Shown here: piece after piece, positions 48,478 to 59,290 of the stretch
Numbering within the stretch: the first letter of the stretch is position 1
Layout: the number at the start of each line of letters is the position of its first letter
DNA from: Candidatus Bathyarchaeia archaeon
GTDB lineage: Archaea; Thermoproteota; Bathyarchaeia; Bathyarchaeales; Bathycorpusculaceae
NCBI GenBank assembly: GCA_049521795.1
Contig: JBEKOM010000003.1
Span: forward strand, 32,001-96,000
Direction of reading: 5' to 3'
Length of the DNA stretch: 64,000 bases
Program-made: the position numbers and the translations under genes
The notes under the pieces: generated by a model
What the model was told of the DNA's origin: nothing
Seen by the model: only the letters and a program-made list of their open reading frames with translations
Database searches by the model: none

Positions 48478-49665
48478 TTGGCATCTGAGAAACTGAAAAT
48501 GGCAATCATAGGTTCGGGAGCAATGGGCCACGGTATCGCCGAAATCCTTGCAATGACAGGATACGAAGTGACAATGGTCGACGTAAGCGACGACCTTCTC
48601 CAAAAAGGCAAGGAAAAAATCAAGTGGAGTTTAGACAAATTCGTTGAGAAGAAAAGAATCAGGGGAGAAGACGCCGACGCCGCGCTGGCAAGAATAAGAA
48701 CGACGACCAGCTTTGAACAAGCCGCCAAGGACATAGACATCGCCATCGAAGCGGTGCCAGAAAAAATGGAACTCAAGAAGAAAGTCTTTGCCACACTGGA
48801 CGCAACAGCACCTGCTAATGCAATACTCGCCTCCAACACATCAACGCTGAGCATAACAGAAATGGGCAAGGCAACCAAACGCCCAGACAAAGTCGCAGGA
48901 ATGCACTTCTTTAATCCACCAGTGTTTATGGCACTGATCGAAGTCATCAAAGGAGAAAACACCAGCCTGGAAACAATTGCCACGCTTTCCGAACTCGCTA
49001 AGAAACTCGGAAAAACTCCGATAGTCGTGAGAAAGGACGTGCGAGGCTTCATAGTAAACCGCGTGCTCTTGACCGTGTTAAACGAGGCGTTCTGGGCATA
49101 CAAGCGGGGAGAAGCAACCAAAGAAGAAATAGACTCTTCGGTCAAATATACGGGCGGCTTTCCAATGGGCTGGTTCGAACTGGCAGACTTTAGCGGGCTA
49201 GACGTAGGCTATGAAATTGGCAACATCCTGTACCAGGCCTACGGCGAACGCTTCAAGCCATGCTCAGAAGTCGTCGATCCCCTCATAAAGGAAAAGAAGT
49301 TCGGCCAGAAAACGGGCGTCGGATTCTACGACTGGACGAAGGGCCGACCGAGAATACCCTTCAACCTGTTGGACAAGTATGATGTCGAAAGGTCCTGGGC
49401 CGTTGCTGCAAACGAAGCTGCGTGGATCATTCACGATGACGCTGCCAACCCAGAAGACATTGACGTTGGAATGAAGCTGGGCACGTTCTGGCCTTCAGGT
49501 CCGTGCGAATATGCAGACCGCATAGGTCTGGACACAGTTGTCAACAGGCTTAAAGAGCTACATGGCAAGTACAACATGGAAATGTATACGCCGTGTCCAT
49601 TGCTCGAAGAGTACTTGAGCAAAGGCTGGACTGGGAAGAAAGTTGGAAGGGGGTTCTACAAGTGA
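48478..49665 (+). CDS. 3-hydroxyacyl-CoA dehydrogenase
   Basis: IIGSGAMGHGIA, EAVPE, ASNTS, GMHFFNPP, duplicated C-terminal domain. Confidence 0.93.
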   Translation: MASEKLKMAIIGSGAMGHGIAEILAMTGYEVTMVDVSDDLLQKGKEKIKWSLDKFVEKKRIRGEDADAALARIRTTTSFEQAAKDIDIAIEAVPEKMELKKKVFATLDATAPANAILASNTSTLSITEMGKATKRPDKVAGMHFFNPPVFMALIEVIKGENTSLETIATLSELAKKLGKTPIVVRKDVRGFIVNRVLLTVLNEAFWAYKRGEATKEEIDSSVKYTGGFPMGWFELADFSGLDVGYEIGNILYQAYGERFKPCSEVVDPLIKEKKFGQKTGVGFYDWTKGRPRIPFNLLDKYDVERSWAVAANEAAWIIHDDAANPEDIDVGMKLGTFWPSGPCEYADRIGLDTVVNRLKELHGKYNMEMYTPCPLLEEYLSKGWTGKKVGRGFYK

Positions 49666-50816
49666 AGTTTGACTTGACAGAGGAACAGCTCCACATCAAG
49701 AACGCTGTAAGAGAGTTCTGCCAGAAAGAGTTCAAGCCGGAATTTGCGCTGGAACTCGACAAGAAAGAAGAGTTCCCGATGGAACTGTACAAGCAAGCTG
49801 CCAAACTGGGTTTTACGAGCATGATGTTCCCGGAAGAATACGGTGGACAAGGCTTCGGCCTACTTGAAACCTGCATAGCGATCGAGGAAATGTGCCGCGG
49901 AGACTCATCGCTTGGCGTTGCTATCTCAAGCGGAAACTTCGGCAGCGAACTCATCATGACTCACGGAAACAAAGAGCAGAAGGAGAAGTACCTGCCTCCG
50001 ATATGCAGGGGCGACTTCATGTCTTCTGCAGCGTTCACTGAACCAAACGTCAGCGGAAGCGACATAAACCACATGGAAACCACGGCCACCAAGTATGGAA
50101 ACGAATGGTGGATAAACGGACCGAAGACCTTCATCACAAACGCAACTGTAGCAGATTTCACAGTTGTTCTGACTCAAACAGACACTAAGATCAGGCCTAC
50201 ACACCGTGGCGAAACACTGTTTGTGGTTGACAAGGGAACACCCGGCCTTGAAGCCACGAAATTGCACAACAAGATGGGAATCAGAGCATCCATAACTGGG
50301 GAGCTTAACTTCAGCAATGTGAAAGTGACAGACTGGAACATAATAGGAGAACTGAACAAGGGATTCTACTATTCCATGGAGTTCTTCGACAAGACCAGAG
50401 TAGGCGTTGCTGCACAGGCCGTTGGCATGGCGCAGGGAGCATGGGAAATCGCGTTCAAGTACGCCAAGCAGCGAGAAGCTTTCGGCATGCCGATAATGCA
50501 GCATGAAGCAATAGGGGTCACCTTGGCAGAGATGGCAACAAAGATCGAAGCTGCAAGGTTACTCACCCACAAGGCTGCAGTTTCGGTTGACGAGGGAAAA
50601 CTGGATGCTATGGCAACAGCCATGGCGAAATACTACGCAAGCCACGTTGCAATGGAAGCTACGAACTCGGCGATCCAAACGTTAGGAGGCTACGGGTACT
50701 TCGGTGAATACCGCGTTGAAAAATATCACAGAGACGCAAAAATAACTGAAATTTACGAGGGAACAAGTGAGATTCAAAAGCTGCAAGTACTCAAGTATCT
50801 TCTGAGCAAGTATTAG
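49662..50816 (+). CDS. Acyl-CoA dehydrogenase (second paralogue)
   Basis: GTG start overlapping the previous stop; FTEP, KTFITN, REAFG, GGYGY, EIYEGTSE. Confidence 0.95.
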   Translation: MKFDLTEEQLHIKNAVREFCQKEFKPEFALELDKKEEFPMELYKQAAKLGFTSMMFPEEYGGQGFGLLETCIAIEEMCRGDSSLGVAISSGNFGSELIMTHGNKEQKEKYLPPICRGDFMSSAAFTEPNVSGSDINHMETTATKYGNEWWINGPKTFITNATVADFTVVLTQTDTKIRPTHRGETLFVVDKGTPGLEATKLHNKMGIRASITGELNFSNVKVTDWNIIGELNKGFYYSMEFFDKTRVGVAAQAVGMAQGAWEIAFKYAKQREAFGMPIMQHEAIGVTLAEMATKIEAARLLTHKAAVSVDEGKLDAMATAMAKYYASHVAMEATNSAIQTLGGYGYFGEYRVEKYHRDAKITEIYEGTSEIQKLQVLKYLLSKY

Positions 50817-50867
50817 AGAAGCTACTTGAAGAAATCATATATGCAGATGAAACAAACAGAGAAATAG

Positions 50868-51662
50868 GTGAAAAGTTTGAGCAAAGCATACGAGGCCCTC
50901 AAAATAGAAAGGGAAGAAAACACGCTGTGGATCATACTGAACAGGCCTCAACGCCTAAACACTTTCAACGAAGTTTTGATCGAAGAGCTCTCCGACATGC
51001 TGAACACGGCAGAAGGTGACCCAAGCATCAAATGCGTCGTGATAACGGGCGAAGGCGACCGCGCCTTCAGCGCAGGCGCAGACTTAACCATGATGAAGGG
51101 AACTCCTGTCTACGCTGAAGAATTCTGCAGGAAAGGGCAGAAGACTTTTGGAAAGGTCGAAGAAATGTCCAAACCAGTCATCGCAGCAATAAACGGTTAC
51201 GCTCTCGGCGGTGGCCTCGAGCTTGCATTGGCGTGCGACCTCAGGATAGCAGCCGAACATGCCGAGCTTGGAAACACAGAGATCCTCCGGGGCTTGATCC
51301 CAGGATGGGGTGGAACGCAGAGACTTGTCAGGATAGTGGGTCTAGCGAGGGCTAAGGAAATGGTGATGCTTGGAAACATGATTAAAGCCGATGAAGCTCT
51401 GAAAATAGGTTTAGTGCACGGCGTTGTTCACTACGAGAAGCTCAAGGACGAGGTCAGGGCAATTGCCAAGAAGCTTGCTGATGGACCGCCGATAGCAATG
51501 AAATATGTAAAGCACGCGATGAACTTTGGAACACAGGTGCCTTTGGAAGTTGGGTTAAGGCTGGAGGCAGCACTCATGGCGCTATCAGCCTCAACAGAAG
51601 ATCTCAAGGAAGGTGTAGAAGCTTTCTTCTCCAAGCGAAAGCCCGAGTTTAAAGGCAAATAG
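50868..51662 (+). CDS. Enoyl-CoA hydratase (crotonase)
   Basis: AFSAGADL, ALGGGLELALACD, E..RGLIPGWGGTQRL. Confidence 0.93.
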   Translation: MKSLSKAYEALKIEREENTLWIILNRPQRLNTFNEVLIEELSDMLNTAEGDPSIKCVVITGEGDRAFSAGADLTMMKGTPVYAEEFCRKGQKTFGKVEEMSKPVIAAINGYALGGGLELALACDLRIAAEHAELGNTEILRGLIPGWGGTQRLVRIVGLARAKEMVMLGNMIKADEALKIGLVHGVVHYEKLKDEVRAIAKKLADGPPIAMKYVKHAMNFGTQVPLEVGLRLEAALMALSASTEDLKEGVEAFFSKRKPEFKGK

Positions 51663-51713
51663 CTTCAACATCCTTTTTCTTTCACTTAGGCGTCTTGAGT
51701 TAATGAGAAGGGT

Positions 51714-52892
51714 GTGTTTGGCGTGAAAAACGTGGCTGTCATAGGAATTGGCAACTCAAAGTTTGGAGCAAGAAACGATGTGACCATTTCTGAGCTGGCT
51801 TTTGAAGCTGTAAGACCGTCTCTTGAAGACGCAGGCTTAGCTGCGAGTGACATTCAGTTTGTCGCTCTTGGGTCTGTTGGGGCAGGAGCTTGGTATGAAG
51901 AGCTGCTTCCAGCAGTGGTTGTTTCAGAATACTGTGGAATGACAAAGGCAGGGCTCGTGCGATGCGAAGCAGCATGTGCAAGCGGCAGCGCAGCATTCTT
52001 CACGGCGTATTCAGCGATTGCCAGCGGTCAAGCAGACATAGCCATGGCGATGGGCGTCGAGAAGATGCGGGAAATCGACTCCGCAACGGCCATGGAATGG
52101 ATAGGCCGGGCAGGCTACTATCTCTGGGAGTTCCATAACTTCGGAGTAACCTTCCCAGCATATTATGCATTGTATGCAAACGCTCACATGGCCAAGTACG
52201 GAACAACCGAAGAAGACCTGGCGCTCGTAGCCGTGAAAAACCACAAATACGGGTCCATGAACCCAATTGCCCACCTTCAAAACAAAATTACAGTGGACGA
52301 CGTTCTCAACTCAATGGTCATCGCTTCACCCCTAAAGCTCTTCGACTGTTGCCCCTTGACGGATGGGGCGGCAGCGGTTGTTCTTGCGTCTGAAGAAAAA
52401 GTCAAAGAATTGAAAGTTGACACGCCGATATGGGTCGCTGGAATCGGCTATTCTTCAGGAACCGCAAACCTCAGCAAACGATCAAACTTTGTCAGTTTGG
52501 AAGCAAGCGTACTAGCTTCCCAAAGAGCTTACAAAACCGCCGGCATAACACCGGACCAAGTTGACTTCGCAGAAGTGCACGACTGTTTCACCATTGCAGA
52601 ACTCATGGCATATGAGGACATTGGATTCTGTGCGAGAGGCGAAGCAGTAAAATTTTTGCGAGAGGGACAGACCGAAATCGGCGGAAAAATCCCTGTAAAC
52701 ATGGACGGCGGGCTGAAATCGAAGGGACATCCCATCGGCACGACAGGCTGTTCAATGATGTACGAGCTCACAAAACAGTTGAGAGGAGAGGCTGAAAAAG
52801 GCAGGCAGGTGCCCCTCAAAACCAACATCGGCCTTGCACACAACGTAGGCGGAACCGGACACTACTGCTACGTGACTATCCTTCGGAGGTGA
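51714..52892 (+). CDS. Archaeal/SCP-x type thiolase
   Basis: EAACASG, EVHDCFTIAE, KGHPIG, HNVGG. Confidence 0.93.
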   Translation: MFGVKNVAVIGIGNSKFGARNDVTISELAFEAVRPSLEDAGLAASDIQFVALGSVGAGAWYEELLPAVVVSEYCGMTKAGLVRCEAACASGSAAFFTAYSAIASGQADIAMAMGVEKMREIDSATAMEWIGRAGYYLWEFHNFGVTFPAYYALYANAHMAKYGTTEEDLALVAVKNHKYGSMNPIAHLQNKITVDDVLNSMVIASPLKLFDCCPLTDGAAAVVLASEEKVKELKVDTPIWVAGIGYSSGTANLSKRSNFVSLEASVLASQRAYKTAGITPDQVDFAEVHDCFTIAELMAYEDIGFCARGEAVKFLREGQTEIGGKIPVNMDGGLKSKGHPIGTTGCSMMYELTKQLRGEAEKGRQVPLKTNIGLAHNVGGTGHYCYVTILRR

Positions 52893-53335
52893 ACAGAATG
52901 TCCTCAATGCCATCGATAAAATCCAGAGAAATAAAGATTGTCCAAGAGATACCGATAAGCAAGAATCTGAAGTTCTACGAAGGCCTAAAAGAGGGAAAAG
53001 TCTACGGGACCAGATGCAAAGACTGTGGAAAAATCTATTTCCCGCCAAACGTCGACTGTGCTGAATGCTTATCCACGGGTCTAGAGTGGGTTCAGCTTAG
53101 CAGCGAAGCAGAAATTGAAACATTCACGCACGTAGTGGTGAGACCGACCACTTTCCAGCAAAACAAGCCGTACACCGTCGCTATTGGAAGGTTGAAGGAA
53201 GGTGTGAAGGTGCTTGCATGGCTAACGGGATTCAAGCTTTCAGAAGTAAAAGTCGGCATGAAGGCAAAGCTGGTGGCCAAAGTCACACCTGAAGGAAACT
53301 TAACTTACGAGTTTGTGCCCCTTCAACCGAGATAA
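52889..53335 (+). CDS. DUF35 Zn-ribbon/OB-fold thiolase partner
   Basis: CKDCG..FPP...CAEC, then OB fold; directly after the thiolase. Confidence 0.9.
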   Translation: MNRMSSMPSIKSREIKIVQEIPISKNLKFYEGLKEGKVYGTRCKDCGKIYFPPNVDCAECLSTGLEWVQLSSEAEIETFTHVVVRPTTFQQNKPYTVAIGRLKEGVKVLAWLTGFKLSEVKVGMKAKLVAKVTPEGNLTYEFVPLQPR

Positions 53336-53343
53336 CCGTTGCA

Positions 53344-54174
53344 CTAGAGACTTGCAGCTTCCACGTTTCTTATCCATTCCATTGTCTTGGCTACCAACTC
53401 ATCCTCTTTTCCTTCATAACCGTGATTCGCTCCTTTTATCACTAGGAGCGCTTTAGGATCATGTGCACATGAATAGACCTCTTGGGCCTCATCTAGGCCG
53501 TGTATGTTGTCCGCATCGCCAATGACGATCAGCACAGGCAAATTCTTCAGCTTCTGAATCACCTTACACTCGTCCAGTTTCATGAGTTTTCCACGGACAT
53601 CTCGCAAACGTAGATCTATTCCGAAGACTTCCATTTTGAATACTCGTGAGACGTTGAAAACTCGGTCAAGCTGAGAGAAGAGAAGAAACGCGTAAAGGCC
53701 CATTCTGCCCCTTGTGCGTCTAATGAACTTCTTAACGTTGAAGTCGTGGTTCTTAGGCGGAGACCACAATGCTAGGCCCTTGATTCGCGCGTCGTTCTGG
53801 ACAGCATAGAGCGACACTGCGGCGCCCAGGCTGTGCCCAACGACAAAGATGCTGTTAGGTAAAACTTCTTTTTTCGAGGCCAGATAACTCAAAGCGCATT
53901 TCACGTCCTGCTGCTCTCCCAAACCGTAATCAAACTGCCCACTGCTTTTTCCGACTCCGCGAAAATCAAAATTCAGAGACACAAACCCAGCTTGACAAGC
54001 AACCTCAGCTAGACGAGTGTAGATCCCGAGCTCGTGATAGCCTCGCGCATCCATGAAGTGGCAGACAAGCACAGCGGAGGCCGGGACGCTGGTAGGAATG
54101 TGCAATTGGGCGTACAGCTTTGCGTTTTCACACTCTATCCATGTTTCCTGTGTCTTCACTCGTTTTCCTTCCAC
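53344..54174 (-). CDS. Alpha/beta hydrolase
   Basis: FDFRGVGKS, GHSLG nucleophile, GANH. Confidence 0.88.
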   Translation of the reverse strand: MEGKRVKTQETWIECENAKLYAQLHIPTSVPASAVLVCHFMDARGYHELGIYTRLAEVACQAGFVSLNFDFRGVGKSSGQFDYGLGEQQDVKCALSYLASKKEVLPNSIFVVGHSLGAAVSLYAVQNDARIKGLALWSPPKNHDFNVKKFIRRTRGRMGLYAFLLFSQLDRVFNVSRVFKMEVFGIDLRLRDVRGKLMKLDECKVIQKLKNLPVLIVIGDADNIHGLDEAQEVYSCAHDPKALLVIKGANHGYEGKEDELVAKTMEWIRNVEAASL

Positions 54175-54457
54175 CGAAAGGATTGTTTCTCTGAACTTAG
54201 GATTATCGCCGATCCAGCCCTTTTTTCCTTTTCTATCTGCGTCTTTGGAAGAGATGAGTGATGAATGAAGATGTTGCAGTTTTGACCTTGATCTATTCTT
54301 GACGAGGTGGCCCGGGGCGAGAGCAGAAGAGAACGGTTCTTTGCTGGCGCGTCATGGTTCTTTTCAGAAGCGAAAGGAAAAAATGTTACAGTGCCAAGCT
54401 ATCTTGGAAAACATTATTACCTCCTGACGTAGCCAATATCCAACAGTAGGGTTGGTT

Positions 54458-56188
54458 ATGGCTTCTAAGAAAAAGAAGTCTGCAGAACAACCGGCCAAGC
54501 AGGAACCGGCTGAAAAACCGTGGTTTAAGTTTTGGCCTGAGGGAGTTCGGAAGCACATAGATTTTCCCGAAATTCCGCTTCACGGACTGCTTGAAGAGGC
54601 AGCGGAAAAATTCCCCGAGCACACAGCCATAGTCTATTTCAACAAGTTCATGACTTACCGAGATCTCAAACAATTTTCAGACAGGTTTGCGACCGCGCTG
54701 AACGGTTTAGGCGTGAAGAAGGGCGACAAGGTTGCCATTTTCTTGCCGAACATACCTCAATTCATCATCTCCTATTACGGCATCATAGAAATCGGGGCTA
54801 TCGAGACCGCTATAAGCCCGTTATACAAAGAGCGAGAAGTGGAACATCAGCTGAACGATTCTGAAGCAGAAACAGTAGTAGTCCTAGATGCACTCTACCC
54901 AATATTAGAAAAAGTCCTAGCAAGCACTAAGGTAAAAAGAGTGATTGTAACAAGTTTGAAAGAGTACATGCCTGCCGCCACAGCTTTTCTTGGGTCGCTA
55001 CTAAAGAAGATCCCTTCACACAGGGTTGAACGTGGACCTAATATTTACTTCTTCCAGGAATTGCTGAGCAAGTATGAAGCAAACCCGCCGAAGGTCGACA
55101 TCAATCCGAAGGAGGACATCGCAGCTCTTCAGTACACTGGAGGAACCACCGGCATCGCAAAGGGAGCAATGTTAACTCACATGAACCTTGTCTCGAACGC
55201 AGTCTGCTGCGCTGAGTGGCTTAGGGGAACAAGAAGCGGGGAAACGTTCCTGACCGCGTTGCCTCTTTTTCACATCTACGGAATGACAACGGGCATGAAC
55301 ACTCCGATCTATTTGGCTGGAGAAATGGTCATGCTACTGCGCCCTGACATGGTAAGCACGTTTCAGGCAATCCAGAGGCACAAGGTCACAGTCTTCTGCG
55401 GAGCACCGACGATGTACTCGATGCTGCTTGCTCATCCAGACTTTGAGAAGTATGACTTGAGGTCGGTTCGTTTCTGCATTTCAGGTTCGGCTCCTCTTGC
55501 GCCTGAGGTTCAGAAGAATTGGATGGAAGCGACGGGCGGCGTTCTCGTAGAGGGCTACGGATTAACAGAATCCTCTCCGGTCACGCACTGCAACCCGCTG
55601 GACAGGTCGATGAAAACCGTGAAAGTGGGCTCGATAGGCTTGCCCTGGCCTGATACGGACGCGAAGGTCATGGACATGGAAACTGGAGAGAAGGAGCTCA
55701 CGACGGGTGAGACTGGGGAAGTGGTGGTTAAGGGTCCGCAGGTTATGAAGGGTTACTGGAAAATGGCTGAAGAAACTGCCGCTGTTCTTCGAAACGGATG
55801 GCTCTACACGGGCGACATAGGTAAGATGGATGAAGACGGCTACTTCTACATCACAGACCGCAAGAAAGACCTGATCAAGTACAAGGGTTACAGCGTCTAC
55901 CCGAGAGAGGTTGAAGATGTCATCTATGAGCATCCGGCTGTGAAGCTCTGCGCAGTCGTAGGTAAGTTCGACCCTGTGGCAGGAGAAATCCCGAAAGCCT
56001 TCGTCGTGCTGAAAGAGGGAAAAACGGCAACAGCGGAAGAGATCAAGGAGTTTGTCAACAGCAAAGTGGCACCGTACAAGGCTGTCAGAGAGGTTGAATT
56101 CAGAACCGAGCTACCGATGACCCTCGTTGGCAAAGTGCTCAGAAGAGTGCTTCAAGAAGAGGAAAAGAATAAGCTCGAGAAAACCTGA
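54458..56188 (+). CDS. Long-chain fatty acid-CoA ligase
   Basis: YTGGTTGIAKG, EGYGLTE, YTGDIG, DRKKDLI, GKVLRR. Confidence 0.93.
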   Translation: MASKKKKSAEQPAKQEPAEKPWFKFWPEGVRKHIDFPEIPLHGLLEEAAEKFPEHTAIVYFNKFMTYRDLKQFSDRFATALNGLGVKKGDKVAIFLPNIPQFIISYYGIIEIGAIETAISPLYKEREVEHQLNDSEAETVVVLDALYPILEKVLASTKVKRVIVTSLKEYMPAATAFLGSLLKKIPSHRVERGPNIYFFQELLSKYEANPPKVDINPKEDIAALQYTGGTTGIAKGAMLTHMNLVSNAVCCAEWLRGTRSGETFLTALPLFHIYGMTTGMNTPIYLAGEMVMLLRPDMVSTFQAIQRHKVTVFCGAPTMYSMLLAHPDFEKYDLRSVRFCISGSAPLAPEVQKNWMEATGGVLVEGYGLTESSPVTHCNPLDRSMKTVKVGSIGLPWPDTDAKVMDMETGEKELTTGETGEVVVKGPQVMKGYWKMAEETAAVLRNGWLYTGDIGKMDEDGYFYITDRKKDLIKYKGYSVYPREVEDVIYEHPAVKLCAVVGKFDPVAGEIPKAFVVLKEGKTATAEEIKEFVNSKVAPYKAVREVEFRTELPMTLVGKVLRRVLQEEEKNKLEKT

Positions 56189-56211
56189 AAGCCTGTGCTA
56201 CCTCAGTTCTG

Positions 56212-57741
56212 CTATGCTGGTTCGTTGATTTTCTTTCCTGTTTTCTTTGTCCATTCAGCGATGGGCACTGCAAATTGTCTCTCCACTTCCGGTCTGTGAA
56301 TGCTGTTGTACGTGCAGAAGCACCGTATTTTTCCGTCGGGAGTTGCGTAGTGGATGCCGCATTTCTGGACGCGGTCCAGGTCAATGTTCCACACGTCTTG
56401 AAAATGCATTATTCCGATCATGACGATGCGCCGCATCAATTCTCCCAGGGCCTTGTAGCTTCCCTTCGTCACGACATTCCTGATCAAGCCTCTGACAAAG
56501 TCCGATCTGGCCATGGGGAGCAGCTTGAGCATCTTCATCTTGGCCATCGTCTTCTTGCCCTTAGCTCCAGAATAGTAAACGTCCCAGAACACTTCGGCAA
56601 ACTTGTCAACATCCACGTAGTTCATGATAGGCTTGTAAGAGCCGTCTTTGTCTACGACTAGGAATGTTGCTGCTCCGCACATAGGATGCATGGTAAACTC
56701 TGGGTAAAGCTTGTTTTTCACTTGGCCCATTCCCTTTGAGATTGGGACAGGCCAGTTCACCGGTCTCCAGTCGAAACGACCTACTGCACCTTTCGTCTGC
56801 TTCTCAATCTCGTTAATGGTGTCAGGAATCGTTATCCTCATCTTGCGCATTTCTTCTTTTCTAGCTTTTCCTGCCATCGAAACAGGCTGAATGTTGACGC
56901 ACCTGACAACGTCATGGTTCTTGACGGCGAAATCGATGATCTCGCCAATGTCTTGGTCATTCACACCTTTCGCATAAGTAACCACTAGAACAATAGAGTC
57001 TAACCCGATTTTCCGCGCGTTTTCTAAGACCTTTAGTTTTATGGGAATCATGTCACCTCTGGCCCGAGTTTTCTTGTATATGTCTTCTCTTAGTCCGTCA
57101 AACTGAAGGTATAGTGTGCTCAACCCAGCGTCAAGCAACTTCTTGAAATAGTCAACGTCTTCTGCGATGCGGATACCGTTTGTGTTGACCTCAATATGCT
57201 CTATTCCTGCCTGCTGAGCTTCTCGGATCAAGTCGGGCAAGTCATTCCTCAAAGTTGGCTCACCGCCGCTGAACTGCAGAGCGTTACACGCCCAAGGGCT
57301 GTTGGCTCTGAGCAGCTTGATCATGTCCACAATCTGGCCGTACGAAGGCTCATAAACATAGTTTGCTACCCCAACGTAGGCAAAACAGATCGGGCAAGCC
57401 ATGTTGCACCTGTTTGTTACGTCTATTATGCCCAAGATCGTTGGCGTTCTGTGCTGGGGGCAGACACCGCAGTCAAAGGGGCATCCTTTAGCCGTCTTGG
57501 TGTGCGGGTTTTCCAGGCCACCACCCCAGTACCGGGCGTTGTACCAATTGTCATAAAAATACTTGAACAGTTCAGCGTCCCCCCAGTAAACATCCTCAAA
57601 CTTTCCATGCTCAGGACAGGTCTTTTCGAGATAGATGACGCCGCCTTGCTCGTAAATTCTCATAGGAATCCTCTGGAGACACTCTGGACACAAGCTTGTT
57701 GAGATTGTCTCAAACTTCTCAGATCCCTGGGTGTTCGTCAT
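56212..57741 (-). CDS. tes: Radical SAM tetraether lipid synthase (Tes/GDGT-MAS family)
   Basis: N-terminal SLCPEC/KTCPEHG, GCPFDCGVCPQH, DVTNRCNMACPICFA, HPMCG, C-terminal CGIHY...FCTYN. Confidence 0.85.
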   Translation of the reverse strand: MTNTQGSEKFETISTSLCPECLQRIPMRIYEQGGVIYLEKTCPEHGKFEDVYWGDAELFKYFYDNWYNARYWGGGLENPHTKTAKGCPFDCGVCPQHRTPTILGIIDVTNRCNMACPICFAYVGVANYVYEPSYGQIVDMIKLLRANSPWACNALQFSGGEPTLRNDLPDLIREAQQAGIEHIEVNTNGIRIAEDVDYFKKLLDAGLSTLYLQFDGLREDIYKKTRARGDMIPIKLKVLENARKIGLDSIVLVVTYAKGVNDQDIGEIIDFAVKNHDVVRCVNIQPVSMAGKARKEEMRKMRITIPDTINEIEKQTKGAVGRFDWRPVNWPVPISKGMGQVKNKLYPEFTMHPMCGAATFLVVDKDGSYKPIMNYVDVDKFAEVFWDVYYSGAKGKKTMAKMKMLKLLPMARSDFVRGLIRNVVTKGSYKALGELMRRIVMIGIMHFQDVWNIDLDRVQKCGIHYATPDGKIRCFCTYNSIHRPEVERQFAVPIAEWTKKTGKKINEPA

Positions 57742-57835
57742 GCAGTCTCTCCTTCAGATTTCGTCTATTACGTAAGCATGCAGGCCGTTATAAAGCATGA
57801 AGTAAGCGATCACACACCTAGTGAGAGCCAGCGAA

Positions 57836-59080
57836 CTAGGAAAGAGTCTGAATTGAACCATCGGTATGCGAGGAGCTTTTCTTGGGCTCTTCCAGCTTCA
57901 AATAGAACGGCAAGGCCGTAACAAACAGCAGGGCTGCGACCCCGCACGATACTATCGCGTCGGAATTGGTGGAATTCCAAACATAGCTTCCCGCACTGGG
58001 TCCGACAGTCAAACCGACTCCGTTGAGCGTCTGAGTAATCCCTGAAGCACTTGCCCGTCTATGCTCTGGAACTAGATCCATGAGCCAAGCCGAAATCGCA
58101 GGCGAGCTAATATTTCCCACTGCGCTTATTCCTCCCATTATCAAGGAGAAATCTAGAAGCGATCCGCTGAAACCCAAGAATACGGCCAAAGGCGCACCCA
58201 AGAAACCAAACAAGACGAGAGGCTTTCTTCCAAACTTGTCGGCAAGCTTCCCCCCTGGAAGTTGGACAAGCCCCGTAACAAGGCTGGATGACAACGACAG
58301 GACTAGACCGTACTCGGCAGGAGCAGCCGCAAGCTTGAACAGGAGCATGCCATTCAGCACCGGACTAATGAAGCCATTAAGCAAACCATTCAGAAGATTT
58401 GTTATGCCGAAGATGAAGATCACACGTCTAAAAGGTAAGCTCAGTTTAGAGCTGGCTTTCTCCCCTTCTCCGCCGTTCTTCTCAATTTTCTCCTTCTCGA
58501 CATTTTTTCCTTTCAGAGATGAAGCCAAGAACAAACCGATGATGCTGACGAGCGCCGCAACAACGAAGGGCGTCTGCAACGTCAAAAATTGGGCTGTGAA
58601 TCCAGCCAGCAATGGTCCAGCTATTCCGGCTGACACCCAGGAAAGGTTGAACACGCCATACGCCATCCCTCTGGAAGACTGTTCACTGCAGTCGGCAACC
58701 AAGGCCGAAATGGCCGGACTGGAGAGCCCGACCGCAAAACATTCGACAAGATTGGCGAGGAACAAGAAGTACAGGCTCGGGGCAACAGCAAACATTCCGC
58801 ATCCAGCGGCCAGAACTCCGAAGGAAATGAGTACAACCCTCCTCTTGCCCAAGGAATCTGCTGCAAAGCCTCCGAGAAAATATCCCACAGTGGTCGCCGC
58901 AAACCCAAGCGAAAGCATTAAGCCCAAAGCTTCCACGGTTGCAGCTTCAGCACCTCCCACAAACAATTTCGTCAAATAGGCTTTCGGTGTAGGAATGAGG
59001 TTGACGGAAAAAGTGAACATAAAGTTCACAGTCCACAAAACCAGAAAGACTCTGGATCTGTAGTCAAAACCGCTCTTCAA
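57836..59080 (-). CDS. MFS transporter
   Basis: GGFAADSLGKRR and GKLADKFGRKP motif A, about 12 TMs; start placed at TTG 59080. Confidence 0.9.
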   Translation of the reverse strand: MKSGFDYRSRVFLVLWTVNFMFTFSVNLIPTPKAYLTKLFVGGAEAATVEALGLMLSLGFAATTVGYFLGGFAADSLGKRRVVLISFGVLAAGCGMFAVAPSLYFLFLANLVECFAVGLSSPAISALVADCSEQSSRGMAYGVFNLSWVSAGIAGPLLAGFTAQFLTLQTPFVVAALVSIIGLFLASSLKGKNVEKEKIEKNGGEGEKASSKLSLPFRRVIFIFGITNLLNGLLNGFISPVLNGMLLFKLAAAPAEYGLVLSLSSSLVTGLVQLPGGKLADKFGRKPLVLFGFLGAPLAVFLGFSGSLLDFSLIMGGISAVGNISSPAISAWLMDLVPEHRRASASGITQTLNGVGLTVGPSAGSYVWNSTNSDAIVSCGVAALLFVTALPFYLKLEEPKKSSSHTDGSIQTLS

Positions 59081-59290
59081 GCCATTTGTGCTCCTACGAT
59101 ATTTTTCACAGTCTCTTTCGCTTTGGCAACGAACCCAAATCCATTTTCGTACTAGAGTTTTTGCGTTGCATTGAACGATTTTAGTCTTAAAAGGGAAACT
59201 CACACTGCGTACTCACAACTTGTTATTGCGGGCATTTCCTCAAAATGTATATGAATGCTAGTTCGCAGTAGACTGAAGAGATGAGCCAGA

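Noticed and set aside
58080-58979. 299-aa plus-strand ORF
   Set aside because: Antisense shadow of the MFS transporter.
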